From contig CAZNRO010000002.1 in NCBI GenBank assembly GCA_964575745.1, positions 1 through 39,526 on the forward strand: a stretch of DNA of 39,526 bases, read 5' to 3'. The notes below the pieces were generated by a model, which was not told the origin of the DNA, made no database searches, and was given only the letters and a program-made list of their open reading frames with translations. The stretch's first letter is position 1, and each line of letters begins with the position of its first letter. The position numbers and the translations under genes are program-made. Positions 1 through 9,502 of the stretch are shown here, one piece after another. The DNA comes from an uncultured Caldisericota bacterium. Lineage in GTDB: Bacteria > Caldisericota > Caldisericia > B22-G15.

Positions 1-23
1 TTGTAAAAGGTTTTTTCTTATTC

Positions 24-51
24 TTGACAAGAGTACAAAAAGTAGTAAAAT
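24..51 (+). promoter_or_regulatory. Candidate sigma70-type promoter of the Liv-type ABC operon
   Basis: TTGACA (24-29), a 16-nt spacer, then TAAAAT (46-51). It lies about 70 nt upstream of ATG 120. A 7-bp hairpin ACTTTAC/GTAAAGT (81-102) sits in the leader. Confidence 0.5.
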
Positions 52-119
52 AACAGAAAAATGGAAAGGAGGTGAGGAGTACTTTACTTTAAAAAGTAAA
101 GTTCCGAGGAGGTGAAGGA

Positions 120-1391
120 ATGAAAAAGATTTTAACTTTAATTCTTGTCTTAGCGTTGATTGTTGGTTTTGTGGGTTTAACAACAAGTTGTAAACCTGAA
201 GAAGGGGGAGAAGAGCAAAAGCCGTCCATTGAAACAAGGAAAATTGTAGCACTTCTTCCTTTAACAGGTGTGCTTGGCACTTTTGGTGAAAACAGTAAAG
301 AGACAGCTCTTCTTGCCGCAAAGGATGTAAATTACTGGCTTGAGAGAAATGGGAAAAATTGGAGGTTAGAGGTTAGTGTAGAGGATACAGCAACTGATCC
401 AACCACTTCATTGAAGAAGATGAAAGATTGGTATGGTGCTGGTGTTAAGTTCTTTGTTGGACCTATGGCAAGTGGTTCATGTAAGGAGCTTTTAACCTAT
501 GCAAATTCAAACAAGATTCTCTTTGTTTCTCCATCATCTACATCCACAGCTCTATCTATTCCTGATGACTATCTTATCAGATTCTGCCCAGATGACTTTA
601 TTCAGGGACCAGCTATCGCAAGACTTATGTGGGAAGCTGGCGTAACAAATGTTATCTTTGTATGGAGAGGAGATACATGGGGTGATGGACTTCAGAGTGC
701 AATAGAGAAGAGATTCACAGAACTTGGTGGTAAGGTATATTCACAGAAATTAAGATACGATCCACAACTTGAAGATTTTCCAAAGGAGGCATCACTTCTT
801 AACAACTATGTCCAGGATCTCATAAATCAGGGAATTCCTAAGGACAGAATAGGTATCTCTTTGGTTGCATTTGAGGAAAGTGCACCATTAATGGAGGATG
901 CAGCTCAGTATCCACTTCTTAAGGAGGTTAAATGGTTTGGAAGTGATGGAACAGCTCTCTCAGAAGCATTAAAATCACATAAAGTTTCTGCTCCATTTGC
1001 TACCACAACAAACTTCATAAGCACATTCTATGCACCAGGTCGTTCCAAATATCCCCTCTTTGATTATGTCAGAGGTTTTGTCCATATGTTCTTGAACAGA
1101 GAAACTGATTCTTACTCCTATGGAACCTATGATATAGTTTGGTCTCTTGCTTTAGCAATAGATCAGGTAGGTTATGATCCAGAGAAGGTAAAGGATGTTC
1201 TACCTGAGGTGACAGACAAGAGAACAGAGCTCTACGGTGCAAGTGGACACATAGTTCTCAATGAGAATGGTGATAGAGCTTTTGCAGATTATGATCTCTG
1301 GCTCATCAATGATAAAGGAGAATGGGAAAAGGTCGGTGTATGGCGTGGTGAAACCGACACCATTGAGTGGACAAGAAACCCATATAAATAA
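120..1391 (+). CDS. ABC transporter substrate-binding lipoprotein, Leu/Ile/Val-binding (HAAT, type I periplasmic binding protein) family
   Basis: GAGGAGGTG Shine-Dalgarno upstream of the ATG. The signal peptide ends in a lipobox-like LTTSC followed by an acidic PEEGGEE linker. The N-terminal IVALLPLTG..G motif is typical of this family. It is the first gene of a 5-gene ABC operon. Confidence 0.85.
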   Translation: MKKILTLILVLALIVGFVGLTTSCKPEEGGEEQKPSIETRKIVALLPLTGVLGTFGENSKETALLAAKDVNYWLERNGKNWRLEVSVEDTATDPTTSLKKMKDWYGAGVKFFVGPMASGSCKELLTYANSNKILFVSPSSTSTALSIPDDYLIRFCPDDFIQGPAIARLMWEAGVTNVIFVWRGDTWGDGLQSAIEKRFTELGGKVYSQKLRYDPQLEDFPKEASLLNNYVQDLINQGIPKDRIGISLVAFEESAPLMEDAAQYPLLKEVKWFGSDGTALSEALKSHKVSAPFATTTNFISTFYAPGRSKYPLFDYVRGFVHMFLNRETDSYSYGTYDIVWSLALAIDQVGYDPEKVKDVLPEVTDKRTELYGASGHIVLNENGDRAFADYDLWLINDKGEWEKVGVWRGETDTIEWTRNPYK

Positions 1392-1412
1392 AGTGATAGG
1401 TTAGGTTGATAT

Positions 1413-1443
1413 AAAAGAGGGGTAAAGAATTACCCCTCTTTTT
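1413..1443 (+). terminator. Intrinsic terminator/attenuator hairpin after the binding-protein gene
   Basis: AAGAGGGGTAA-AGAA-TTACCCCTCTT stem-loop running into a T-run (1440-1443). It sits between the binding-protein gene and the ATPase gene, the usual arrangement for over-expressing the binding protein. Confidence 0.6.
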
Positions 1444-1465
1444 AAATATAAATAAGGAGGAAAGT

Positions 1466-2215
1466 ATGGATTTACTTGTAGCAACCAACCTTACCAAACG
1501 TTTTGGAGGATTAATCGCCGTTAATTCAGTTGACCTGGTAGTAAAAGAGAACAGTTTTACTCTCCTTATAGGACCAAATGGAAGCGGAAAGACCACTTTT
1601 TTAAATGTATGTACTGGTGTATTAAAACCAGATGGTGGAAGCGTTCATTTTGAGGGAAAGGATATTACAGGGCTTCCACCCAATAAGATATACGATTTCG
1701 GTTTGATAAGGACATTCCAGATACCAATTCCCTTTTTAAGCTTGACAATTCTTGATAATGTTATTGCAGCTATGAGAAATCCGGGTGAATATCCTTTTAC
1801 TGCTTTACTTAATAGAAAAGAGTGGGTAGGGGTGGAAGAGAAGAACATGGAGAAGGCATTTAGCGTATTAAAAAGAGTTGGTCTTGATAAGATGTGGGAA
1901 AAACCTGCTTATTCATTGGGCGGTGCACAACTTAAAATGTTAGAGGTGGCAAGAGCATTAGCGGCAGGAGCGAAACTAATTGCACTTGATGAGCCAATAG
2001 GTGGTGTTGATCCAGTATATGCAGATGAGATACTTTCATATCTTAAAGAACTTCAGAAGTCCGGTATAACATTCCTTGTAATAGAGCATAGAATTGACAT
2101 TATTGCCCCCTATGCTGACTATGCTTATGCAATGAACAGAGGAAACATAATCTCTAAAGGTACTCCAGACGAGGTTTTGAACGATCCTCAAGTTGTAGAG
2201 GTTTACATTGGTTAA
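1466..2215 (+). CDS. livG: Branched-chain amino acid ABC transporter ATP-binding protein (LivG-like)
   Basis: Walker A GPNGSGKT, an ABC signature-like LGGAQ, and Walker B LIALDEP. AAGGAGG Shine-Dalgarno. Operon position next to a LivF-like paralogue. Confidence 0.8.
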   Translation: MDLLVATNLTKRFGGLIAVNSVDLVVKENSFTLLIGPNGSGKTTFLNVCTGVLKPDGGSVHFEGKDITGLPPNKIYDFGLIRTFQIPIPFLSLTILDNVIAAMRNPGEYPFTALLNRKEWVGVEEKNMEKAFSVLKRVGLDKMWEKPAYSLGGAQLKMLEVARALAAGAKLIALDEPIGGVDPVYADEILSYLKELQKSGITFLVIEHRIDIIAPYADYAYAMNRGNIISKGTPDEVLNDPQVVEVYIG

Positions 2216-2224
2216 GGAGGAGAT

Positions 2225-2935
2225 ATGTTAAGTGTTAAGAATCTTTATTCTGGATACGGAAAGTTAAGAGTTTTGTATGATGTAAATGTGGAGGTACCAA
2301 AAAAGGAGATTACGGTAATTGTGGGACCTAACGGAGCAGGTAAAACTACACTTTTAAATAGTATTCTTGGCTTTGCAGATATATTTTCAGGAAAGATTTA
2401 TCTTGATGGAAAAGAGATGACAGGTACTCCTGCTCATAAGGTAGCCCAATTGGGTATATCCTTTGTCCCGCAACTTGGAAATATCTTTGCCAATCTGACA
2501 TTAAAGGAAAATCTAATTATGGCAGCCTATACTCTTCCCAAAAAGGAAGTAGATGAGAGAATGGAGCAGGTATTGGAGATGTTTCCTATAATTAAAGAGT
2601 TTTTCCATAGAAAAGCAGGAACACTTAGCGGCGGAGAGAGAAGGATGCTTTCCATTGGGATGGGACTTATGAGAAATCCAAAGATAGTATTACTTGATGA
2701 GCCAAGTACTGACCTTGCACCTCTTATAACTAAAGAAGTAATGAAAACAGTAAAAAAACTGAGAGATGAGCTGGGTCTTACTGTTTTACTTGTAGAACAG
2801 ATGGCAAAATTGGCATTGGATATTGGAGATAATGCATACCTCCTTGTGAGTGGACAGATAAAGTTTAAAGGTAAAGCAAAAGAACTGCTTCAGCATCCAG
2901 AATTGTCCAAGCTATACCTTGGAATAAAGGAATAA
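2225..2935 (+). CDS. livF: Branched-chain amino acid ABC transporter ATP-binding protein (LivF-like)
   Basis: Walker A GPNGAGKT, signature LSGGE, Walker B VLLDEPS. C-terminal ELSKLYLG is typical of LivF. Confidence 0.8.
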   Translation: MLSVKNLYSGYGKLRVLYDVNVEVPKKEITVIVGPNGAGKTTLLNSILGFADIFSGKIYLDGKEMTGTPAHKVAQLGISFVPQLGNIFANLTLKENLIMAAYTLPKKEVDERMEQVLEMFPIIKEFFHRKAGTLSGGERRMLSIGMGLMRNPKIVLLDEPSTDLAPLITKEVMKTVKKLRDELGLTVLLVEQMAKLALDIGDNAYLLVSGQIKFKGKAKELLQHPELSKLYLGIKE

Positions 2936-2949
2936 AAGGAGGAGATGAA

Positions 2950-3885
2950 ATGCCAGGATGGTTAGCAAGCGGTTTAGTATATGCAAGCGGTCTCGCATTA
3001 ACGGCAGGGGGAATTACTCTTCTATATATAACCACAAGAACATTTAATTTTGCACACGCAAGTATGGCAACTTTTGGTTTTTACATTGTTTACACACTTG
3101 TTGCTCTTAAGGGTGGGAATCCATATGTCTACTTCCCCCTTGCATTTCTCTTTGGCTCCCTTCTTGGGATAATTGTATACTTTATCTTAAACAGACCTCT
3201 TCTTAAGAGAAAAGCGAACGAGATAACACTTATGATGTCAACTCTTGGATATGATCTTATCCTTTTATCCTTTATACAGATGTACTGTGATTATCTTACC
3301 CATGCATTTAAACTCTATCCAAGAAGGGTTACTATGAGTGTTTATGATATTCAGATTGGAGGTATGAATGCATCCACATATTTTGCTCCAATTACAGCAG
3401 TTTTGATAATTACTGTTTTAAGCCTGTTTTTGACAAAGACAAAGTTTGGAATTGCTATGCGTGCTACCATAGAAAACACACCTCTCTCTGAGGCATCTGG
3501 AATAAATTCTGATAAGGTCTATATGACTTCATGGATAATAGGTGGTGGTATGGCTTCTCTTGGTGGTGCAGTTCTTGCAATGGCAACAACTGGAAGTCCA
3601 GTTCTTGGGATGAACTTAATTGCAAATATGTTTGCTGGTGCAATACTTGGAGGTTTATATAGTATATATGGAGGACTGTTAGGTGGTTTTGTTGTTGGTC
3701 TTGCAGAGTATGCAATAGTGTATTGGCTTGCAGAAAGTGTAGGAACATGGATTCTTGGATACAGACTTGCAATACCACTTCTAATAATGGTCGTAACCCT
3801 TCTATTCTTCCCGAGAGGTCTTGCCGGTATACAGTGGGGAAGAGCTTTCAAATCTTTATCCTCTAAAAAAGGAGAGGCATCATGA
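2950..3885 (+). CDS. livH: Branched-chain amino acid ABC transporter permease (LivH-like)
   Basis: 311-aa polytopic membrane protein with Gly-rich helices and a C-terminal FFPRGL motif. 4-nt overlap with the next permease gene. Confidence 0.75.
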   Translation: MPGWLASGLVYASGLALTAGGITLLYITTRTFNFAHASMATFGFYIVYTLVALKGGNPYVYFPLAFLFGSLLGIIVYFILNRPLLKRKANEITLMMSTLGYDLILLSFIQMYCDYLTHAFKLYPRRVTMSVYDIQIGGMNASTYFAPITAVLIITVLSLFLTKTKFGIAMRATIENTPLSEASGINSDKVYMTSWIIGGGMASLGGAVLAMATTGSPVLGMNLIANMFAGAILGGLYSIYGGLLGGFVVGLAEYAIVYWLAESVGTWILGYRLAIPLLIMVVTLLFFPRGLAGIQWGRAFKSLSSKKGEAS

Positions 3886-5030
3886 AGAAGATATTTAAGT
3901 TTCTTTTAAGGAGAGATGTTTTAATTTCACTTCTTGTAGTAATTGCGTTTCTATTTATTCTTCTTTCATCCGGTTTCTCACTGGTCTCTTCAATCCTCAT
4001 AGATGCTTCTATATTTATAGTTATTACTCTTAGTTTGAACCTTGAGACGGGTTTAACAGGAGTTCCACAGTTTGGAAGAGTAATAGCAGTTATAGCAGGC
4101 GCTTTTGCAGTTGGTGCAATTCCAGGAAGAATCATGGCTCTATTTATGCATCTTCCGGCAGGAGCAGAATATGCAAACGATTCAGTGAATTATAAGGTAG
4201 TTCCTGTTATAAATAAACTCTTAGAGACCAGCCCTGCCCTTTCCATTCTTGTATTAATAATGAGTCTAGTAATTGCTGCTATTTCTGGAGCTATTATAGG
4301 ATGGATTACATCAAGACCAGCAATTAGATTGAAAGAGGCTTATCTTGGAATATCATTGCTTGCTATTGGAGATTTCTTAATGTGGGTTGGTCATAACTGG
4401 GAACCTCTTGTTGGTGGTACTACTGCAGTTTTTGTTCCAGATCCATTGAGGGCCTTTGGTGTTAATAGGATGATAATGGCTCTGATTATGACCGTGGTTC
4501 TTGCAGTAATCGCCTATATTATACTGGAGAAACTAACATGGTCTCCATTTGGAAGAACTTTAAAAATGCACAGAGATTCAGATCTTGCAATGAGTGTTTA
4601 TGGTAAAGATAAGGTGAAAGTTAGAACCAGAAGTTTGGTTATAGGTGCTGCTTTGGCTGCTGTTGCTGGGGGAGCCTATGTTATATATACAGGAACATGT
4701 ACTGCTATAAGCTTCACCCGTCTTAACTGGACATTCTGGCCATGGGCGTATATGATGCTTGGAGGGATTGGTAGTAATACAGGAGTTCTTCTTGGAGTCC
4801 TTGCCCTCGCAATAGCAAGATCAATGATAGTTATATACAGGGGAGCTGTCTTTGGTTTTCTTATGGCATGGGGAATTGATCCAATATGGCTTGAATATAC
4901 CCTTCTCGGCGCAGTTATCATTATAATAATTCTGTTCTTCCCTCAAGGTCTTGTTCCAGAAAGAACTGAGACCATTTTACCTCCTAATAGGGTAAAGAGA
5001 ATATACGAAAAGATTATAAAGAAGGAATAA
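3882..5030 (+). CDS. livM: Branched-chain amino acid ABC transporter permease (LivM-like)
   Basis: 382-aa polytopic membrane protein with a C-terminal FFPQGL motif. Last gene of the operon. Confidence 0.75.
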   Translation: MKKIFKFLLRRDVLISLLVVIAFLFILLSSGFSLVSSILIDASIFIVITLSLNLETGLTGVPQFGRVIAVIAGAFAVGAIPGRIMALFMHLPAGAEYANDSVNYKVVPVINKLLETSPALSILVLIMSLVIAAISGAIIGWITSRPAIRLKEAYLGISLLAIGDFLMWVGHNWEPLVGGTTAVFVPDPLRAFGVNRMIMALIMTVVLAVIAYIILEKLTWSPFGRTLKMHRDSDLAMSVYGKDKVKVRTRSLVIGAALAAVAGGAYVIYTGTCTAISFTRLNWTFWPWAYMMLGGIGSNTGVLLGVLALAIARSMIVIYRGAVFGFLMAWGIDPIWLEYTLLGAVIIIIILFFPQGLVPERTETILPPNRVKRIYEKIIKKE

Positions 5031-5057
5031 TCTAATTAATAGTTTTGAATAGGTTTT

Positions 5058-5097
5058 ACTTCTATTCCCTGAATTAGGGGGTGAAGTGATTTTATAT
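5058..5097 (+). terminator. Possible intrinsic terminator in the convergent gap between livM-like and pfkB-like genes
   Basis: Imperfect hairpin (ACTTC..CCCT-GAATT-AGGG..GAAGT) followed by GATTTTATATT. The stem is weak. Confidence 0.35.
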
Positions 5098-5103
5098 TAA
5101 ATT

Positions 5104-5964
5104 TTAAAAATAGGGGCTGGGGTTTGAAATGAATTGGTAAGAAGTTTCAATACCTTCTATCAAGGATTCCTCAATTGATAGACCTTCAACAATAGCGTGT
5201 ATAAATCCAGCAGCAAAAAAGTCTCCTGCTCCAGTTGGATTAATTATCCCTCCTCTTTTTACACTAATCTTTATGAAAACCTCTTTGTCCATGTATAGAA
5301 CCCCTTTTTCTCCTCTGGTAATTATTATTCTATCTGTATATTTTAATAACTTTTCTCTTATTTCAGAAAGTTTACTTTTCCCTGTAAATAGTTGTGCTTC
5401 AGTTTCATTCATAAATATGAATGAGAAATTTCTTAAAAGGTCGAGTATTTTTTCTTTCCTTTTTATAAGAATTTTTGAGAAGGACAAAGTTAAGGTTTTT
5501 TCCTTTACGCTGTCCTTTATCCTATCAAAGATTTTAAAGCCATTTTCTTCAGAGAAAAGATAGGGAGATATGTGAATAATATTTGTTTTCTCAAGCAAAC
5601 TAAGCCATCTTTCTTCAAACTTTAGGTATCTGTTAGCTCCTTTAAAACCAATCATTGTTTTTTTATCATTCTTAATCAATACATAGACTATACCTGTAGT
5701 AGCATTTACTCTCTGGATAAAGGATGTGTCAATAAACTTTCCTATTTTTTCAATAATGTAATTTCCTATAACATCATTTCCAATAGCACCTATTAAGGTA
5801 GTATCTACTGAATTCATTGCTAATGAAATTGCTGTGTTTAGAGCTGCTCCACCTGGTCTTATTGAAATGTGTTTAGGATGAATCGATTCCTCTTCAGAGG
5901 GAAATTTATCCACAAAACCCATGATGTCAAGATTTATGTCTCCAATTACCACCACTTTTTTCAT
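5104..5964 (-). CDS. PfkB-family carbohydrate/nucleoside kinase (ribokinase-like)
   Basis: N-terminal VVVIGDINLD and PGGAALN motifs plus the C-terminal NPTGAGDFF anion-hole motif of the PfkB family. 4-nt overlap with the upstream nfo. Confidence 0.8.
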   Translation of the reverse strand: MKKVVVIGDINLDIMGFVDKFPSEEESIHPKHISIRPGGAALNTAISLAMNSVDTTLIGAIGNDVIGNYIIEKIGKFIDTSFIQRVNATTGIVYVLIKNDKKTMIGFKGANRYLKFEERWLSLLEKTNIIHISPYLFSEENGFKIFDRIKDSVKEKTLTLSFSKILIKRKEKILDLLRNFSFIFMNETEAQLFTGKSKLSEIREKLLKYTDRIIITRGEKGVLYMDKEVFIKISVKRGGIINPTGAGDFFAAGFIHAIVEGLSIEESLIEGIETSYQFISNPSPYF

Positions 5965-6836
5965 CTATTGATGAGTCCTTTAAGGGTTTTTAAGTCCTTA
6001 ATGTATGCTTCTTCCCCTCCCGGGGTTTCAAGAATCATGGGAAGATCAGAAAATAGTTTGTTATTTACAAGGAATCTAAAAGCCTCAAGTCCTATTTCTC
6101 CATCACCGATGTTTGTATGTCTATCAACCCTTGAGGCTAATGGTGTTTTTGAATCATTTATATGAAAAGCAAGGAGATTATCTAAACCGATTATTCTGTC
6201 AAATTCTTCAAGAACTTTCTGGAAACTTTCCTTGCTTCTAATATCATAGCCGGCTTCAAAAACATGAGCAGTATCAAAACATACCCCCACTCTTTGTTTG
6301 TTTTCTATTCCATCCATTATTTCCTTGATATGTTCAAACCTATAACCTATATTTGTTCCCTGTCCTGCAACTGTCTCCAGAAGTATCTTTACATCTGTGT
6401 GAGATGTTTTCTCAATGATAAAATTCATGCTTTCTGTTATAATTTTTATGCCCTCTTTTTCACCATGCCCGAGATGAGATCCGGGGTGAACAACTATCAT
6501 AGGGACCGAAAGTAGATGACACCTTGTTATCTCATCTATGAAAGACTCCCTTGATTTTATAAGAGATTCTTTTTTGGGACTTCCAAGATTGATAAGATAT
6601 GATGAATGAGCAACAACCTTCTTTATCCTGCTTTTCTTAAAATTCTCCTTAAATCTTACTATATCCTTTTCATTATAAGGTTTTGCTTTCCACTGTCTTT
6701 GATTTTTTGTAAATATTTGGATGGAATCACAACCAATACTTTCTCCTCTTTCTAAAGCCTTAAAGATACCTCCAGCAATTGAAACATGAGCACCAAGTAA
6801 TCCCATATTTAAATTATACACTTTTTTGAAAGACAT
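5961..6836 (-). CDS. nfo: Endonuclease IV (deoxyribonuclease IV, AP endonuclease family 2)
   Basis: GAHVSIAGG near the N-terminus, plus HSSYLINL, VVHPGSH, LLETVAGQGT, VCFDTAHVF and DRH..IG, the metal-ligand motifs of Nfo. The start is uncertain (ATG 6836 or ATG 6806) and neither candidate has a Shine-Dalgarno. Confidence 0.85.
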   Translation of the reverse strand: MSFKKVYNLNMGLLGAHVSIAGGIFKALERGESIGCDSIQIFTKNQRQWKAKPYNEKDIVRFKENFKKSRIKKVVAHSSYLINLGSPKKESLIKSRESFIDEITRCHLLSVPMIVVHPGSHLGHGEKEGIKIITESMNFIIEKTSHTDVKILLETVAGQGTNIGYRFEHIKEIMDGIENKQRVGVCFDTAHVFEAGYDIRSKESFQKVLEEFDRIIGLDNLLAFHINDSKTPLASRVDRHTNIGDGEIGLEAFRFLVNNKLFSDLPMILETPGGEEAYIKDLKTLKGLINR

Positions 6837-6840
6837 ACTG

Positions 6841-6849
6841 TGGTATAAT
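6841..6849 (+). promoter_or_regulatory. Extended -10 promoter element (TGgTATAAT) for the BMP ABC operon, within a divergent promoter region
   Basis: An exact TGnTATAAT lies 40 nt upstream of ATG 6889, with an AAGGAGG Shine-Dalgarno between. A second TATAAT lies at 6859-6864. The minus strand of the same gap carries TTTACA-N18-TAGAAT facing nfo. Confidence 0.5.
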
Positions 6850-6888
6850 TCTATAGGTTATAATTTTAAAGTGTAAAGGAGGATTTGT

Positions 6889-7905
6889 ATGAAAAGGAAA
6901 ATTTTAGTAACGGTGCTTTTAATTACACTTGTGGGATTAGGGGTATTCACCTATTCCTGTGCACCTGAAGAAAAGCCAGAAGAGAAACCGAAATTTAAGA
7001 TGGCAGCAATATTTCCGGGATCTATTCAAGATGCAGACTACAATACCATAGGTTTTGTTGCTCTTCAGGATGTAGGTAAAGAGTATGATCTTGAAACGGC
7101 ATATTCAGAAAAGGTTGCAGTGCCTGATGCAGAAAGAGTTATGAAAGAATACATCAATGAAGGTTATAACATCATATGGGTTCACGGTTCACAGTTTAAT
7201 GGTGCCGCAAACAACATTGGAGATGATTATCCAGATGTAACATTTATTCTTGAGGTTGATGCAAAACCCGAAAATCTAAAGCCAAACTTCTGGTATATGG
7301 ATAGAAACTTTTATACAGGTTTTTATGTTCTTGGAGCACTCGCTGCTCTGAAAACCGAAACAGGTAAAATTGGTTACCTTGGAGGACTTGAGCTTCCATT
7401 TACCCGTGGAGAGATCAATGCAGTTAAACAGGCTATAAGAGATCTTGGCTCCAATGCGGAACTTCAGTACATCTATGTGGGCGATTTCAATGATCCAGTA
7501 AAAACAAGACAGGCAGCTGAAGGTTTGATTTCAAAAGGAGTCGATGTAATACTAAGTTCAGTAAATCTTGGAAACTATGGTCTCTACAATGCCGTAAAAG
7601 AAGCTGACAGGAAAGTATACATTACAACAAAATACACAGATAAAAAGGTTCATGCTCCAGATAACTATCTTACCTCAGACCTCTTTAATTTCAGTGTTCC
7701 TCTAAAGGAGATTGTTGGTAAGATTCTAAATGGAGAAAAGGGAGGATTCACAGAGTTAAAGTATGGAAAAGGACAGGCAAGATATGCTCAGTTCCCAATA
7801 AGCAATGTAACCGAGGAGATTAATGCAAAGGTTCAGCAGATTGCCGATGATGTGGAATCAGGTAAGATTAAGGTGATAAAGAATTTAGAAACTATTGAAC
7901 CATAA
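6889..7905 (+). CDS. BMP-family ABC transporter substrate-binding lipoprotein (nucleoside/purine-binding PnrA-like)
   Basis: The signal peptide ends in TYSC followed by a PEEKPEEKPK linker. FPGSIQDADYN and the later GGLELP and DV(I)LSS motifs are typical of basic membrane protein (Bmp) family binding proteins. Confidence 0.8.
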   Translation: MKRKILVTVLLITLVGLGVFTYSCAPEEKPEEKPKFKMAAIFPGSIQDADYNTIGFVALQDVGKEYDLETAYSEKVAVPDAERVMKEYINEGYNIIWVHGSQFNGAANNIGDDYPDVTFILEVDAKPENLKPNFWYMDRNFYTGFYVLGALAALKTETGKIGYLGGLELPFTRGEINAVKQAIRDLGSNAELQYIYVGDFNDPVKTRQAAEGLISKGVDVILSSVNLGNYGLYNAVKEADRKVYITTKYTDKKVHAPDNYLTSDLFNFSVPLKEIVGKILNGEKGGFTELKYGKGQARYAQFPISNVTEEINAKVQQIADDVESGKIKVIKNLETIEP

Positions 7906-7927
7906 GGAAAAGTAGAAAGAAAAAAAA

Positions 7928-7945
7928 GGGGCTCAATTGAGCCCC
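7928..7945 (+). terminator. Perfect 18-nt palindromic hairpin after the binding-protein gene (attenuator/partial terminator)
   Basis: GGGGCTCA|ATTGAGCCCC... (GGGGCTCAATTGAGCCCC), flanked by an A-run upstream and TTCT downstream. The plus-strand U-tract is weak, so it is more likely an mRNA-stabilising or attenuating hairpin than a full terminator. Confidence 0.45.
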
Positions 7946-7968
7946 TTCTAAGAATTTAAGGTGAGACG

Positions 7969-9501
7969 ATGAACAAAGAGATTTTTGTTGAACTAAGAAA
8001 TGTAAGAAAAGTTTTCGGAGAAGTTGTTGCCCTTGATAATGTTAATTTTTCTGTAAGGAAGGGAGAAATCAGAGGATTGTTGGGGGAGAACGGTGCTGGA
8101 AAATCAACATTAATGAACATCCTATATGGACTTTACAAACCAGATAAAGGTCAAATTTTTATTGAGGGAAAAGAGGTAAAGATAAGATCTCCATTTGACT
8201 CAATAAAACTTGGTATAGGAATGGTTCATCAAGTGTCTACCCTTGTGCCAGAGTTTACCGCTGTAGAGAATATAATGCTTGGCACACCAGAAGATAAACT
8301 TACTCTGCCTATAAAAAAGGAGAGTAATAGAATAAAGAAGATGGCAGAAGATCTTGGTTTCGAGTTTCCTCTCAACGTAAAGGCGAGAGAGCTTCCTGCA
8401 GGTGTTAAGCAGAAGATTGAAATAGTAAGAGCGCTATATAGAGGAGCAAAACTACTTATACTTGACGAACCAACAACCTCTCTGGTAGAGGCAGAATTCC
8501 AGCAGCTGTTAAAATCTCTCAAGATGCTCGTAAAGAAAGGCGTTACTGTCATATTTATAACTCACAAGATAAGAGAAGTTATGGATGCCTGTGATTCAGT
8601 AACTGTCTTAAGGAGAGGAAAGGTCCAGGGAACACTTGAAAGGGAGAAGATGAGCAAAGAGAGTCTTGTCAAGCTCATGTTCATGGAAAAGGAAATAAAA
8701 GTTAACGAAAGTGCTCTCCCGAAGGTTGAGTTGCCAGAGGTTGAGAAGTCAAAAGAGCCAGTTTGTGTTGTTAAGAACATAGAAGTTGAAGCAAGTGAAA
8801 AGACACCAGGACTTAAGAATGTATCTTTTGAAGTGTATGGTGGTGAGATATTTGGAATTGCATCTGTTTCTGGAAATGGTGAAAAAGAACTTGCAGAGGC
8901 GATGATAAAACCCTCCATTCTTAAAAGTGGAGAAATCCTTATCAATAGAGAAAGGGTGAATGGTTTATCCACCCTTAAAGTTTTTTCCAAAGGAGTTTTC
9001 TATACACCAGAGGATAGAATTAAAGAAGGAATTTTACCAGATGGAAGCATAAAAGAGAATGTGCTTTTAGGACATCACGCAGAGGAAAGATTCCTAAAGA
9101 GAAATGTTTTTATTGATTGGGAAGAGGTTAGAAATGTTTCAGAGAGAGTTGTAAAAGACTATAACGTATTTACTCCCAATGTTGAAATTGCTATAAGAAA
9201 ACTCTCCGGAGGTAATATACAAAAGGTTATTATTGGAAGAGCCTTTGTTAATCCAATTGATTTCCTTGTCACCCACAACCCCACATCTGGACTTGACATT
9301 TCCACTGTAGAGTTTATCTTTGAAAAACTGGTGGAGATAAGAAGTAAAGGTGGAGCCATACTCTGGATCAATGAGGATCTTGACGAACTTATGATTTTAA
9401 GCGATAGGATTGGAGTTATACATAAAGGTGAACTTAAGGGAATATTTAATAGGGACGAGTTTGATAAGTATAAGATTGGTTTGCTTATGATAGGAGGTTA
9501 G
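7969..9501 (+). CDS. ABC transporter ATP-binding protein with duplicated ATPase domains (sugar/nucleoside CUT2-type)
   Basis: 510 aa. First domain: Walker A GENGAGKST and Walker B LLILDEPT. The second domain is degenerate (SGNGEKE, LSGGNIQK). This layout is typical of RbsA/NupA-like ATPases partnered with Bmp proteins. Confidence 0.85.
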   Translation: MNKEIFVELRNVRKVFGEVVALDNVNFSVRKGEIRGLLGENGAGKSTLMNILYGLYKPDKGQIFIEGKEVKIRSPFDSIKLGIGMVHQVSTLVPEFTAVENIMLGTPEDKLTLPIKKESNRIKKMAEDLGFEFPLNVKARELPAGVKQKIEIVRALYRGAKLLILDEPTTSLVEAEFQQLLKSLKMLVKKGVTVIFITHKIREVMDACDSVTVLRRGKVQGTLEREKMSKESLVKLMFMEKEIKVNESALPKVELPEVEKSKEPVCVVKNIEVEASEKTPGLKNVSFEVYGGEIFGIASVSGNGEKELAEAMIKPSILKSGEILINRERVNGLSTLKVFSKGVFYTPEDRIKEGILPDGSIKENVLLGHHAEERFLKRNVFIDWEEVRNVSERVVKDYNVFTPNVEIAIRKLSGGNIQKVIIGRAFVNPIDFLVTHNPTSGLDISTVEFIFEKLVEIRSKGGAILWINEDLDELMILSDRIGVIHKGELKGIFNRDEFDKYKIGLLMIGG

Positions 9502-9502
9502 T

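Noticed and set aside
61-119. The leader of the Liv-type operon has a duplicated AGGAGGTGA Shine-Dalgarno-like sequence (67-75 and 107-115) and a 4-codon mini-ORF ATG GAA AGG AGG TGA (61-75).
   Set aside because: The mini-ORF is too short and has no ribosome-binding site of its own. The first copy is most simply a chance purine-rich tract next to a small leader hairpin, and no recognisable riboswitch or T-box features are present.
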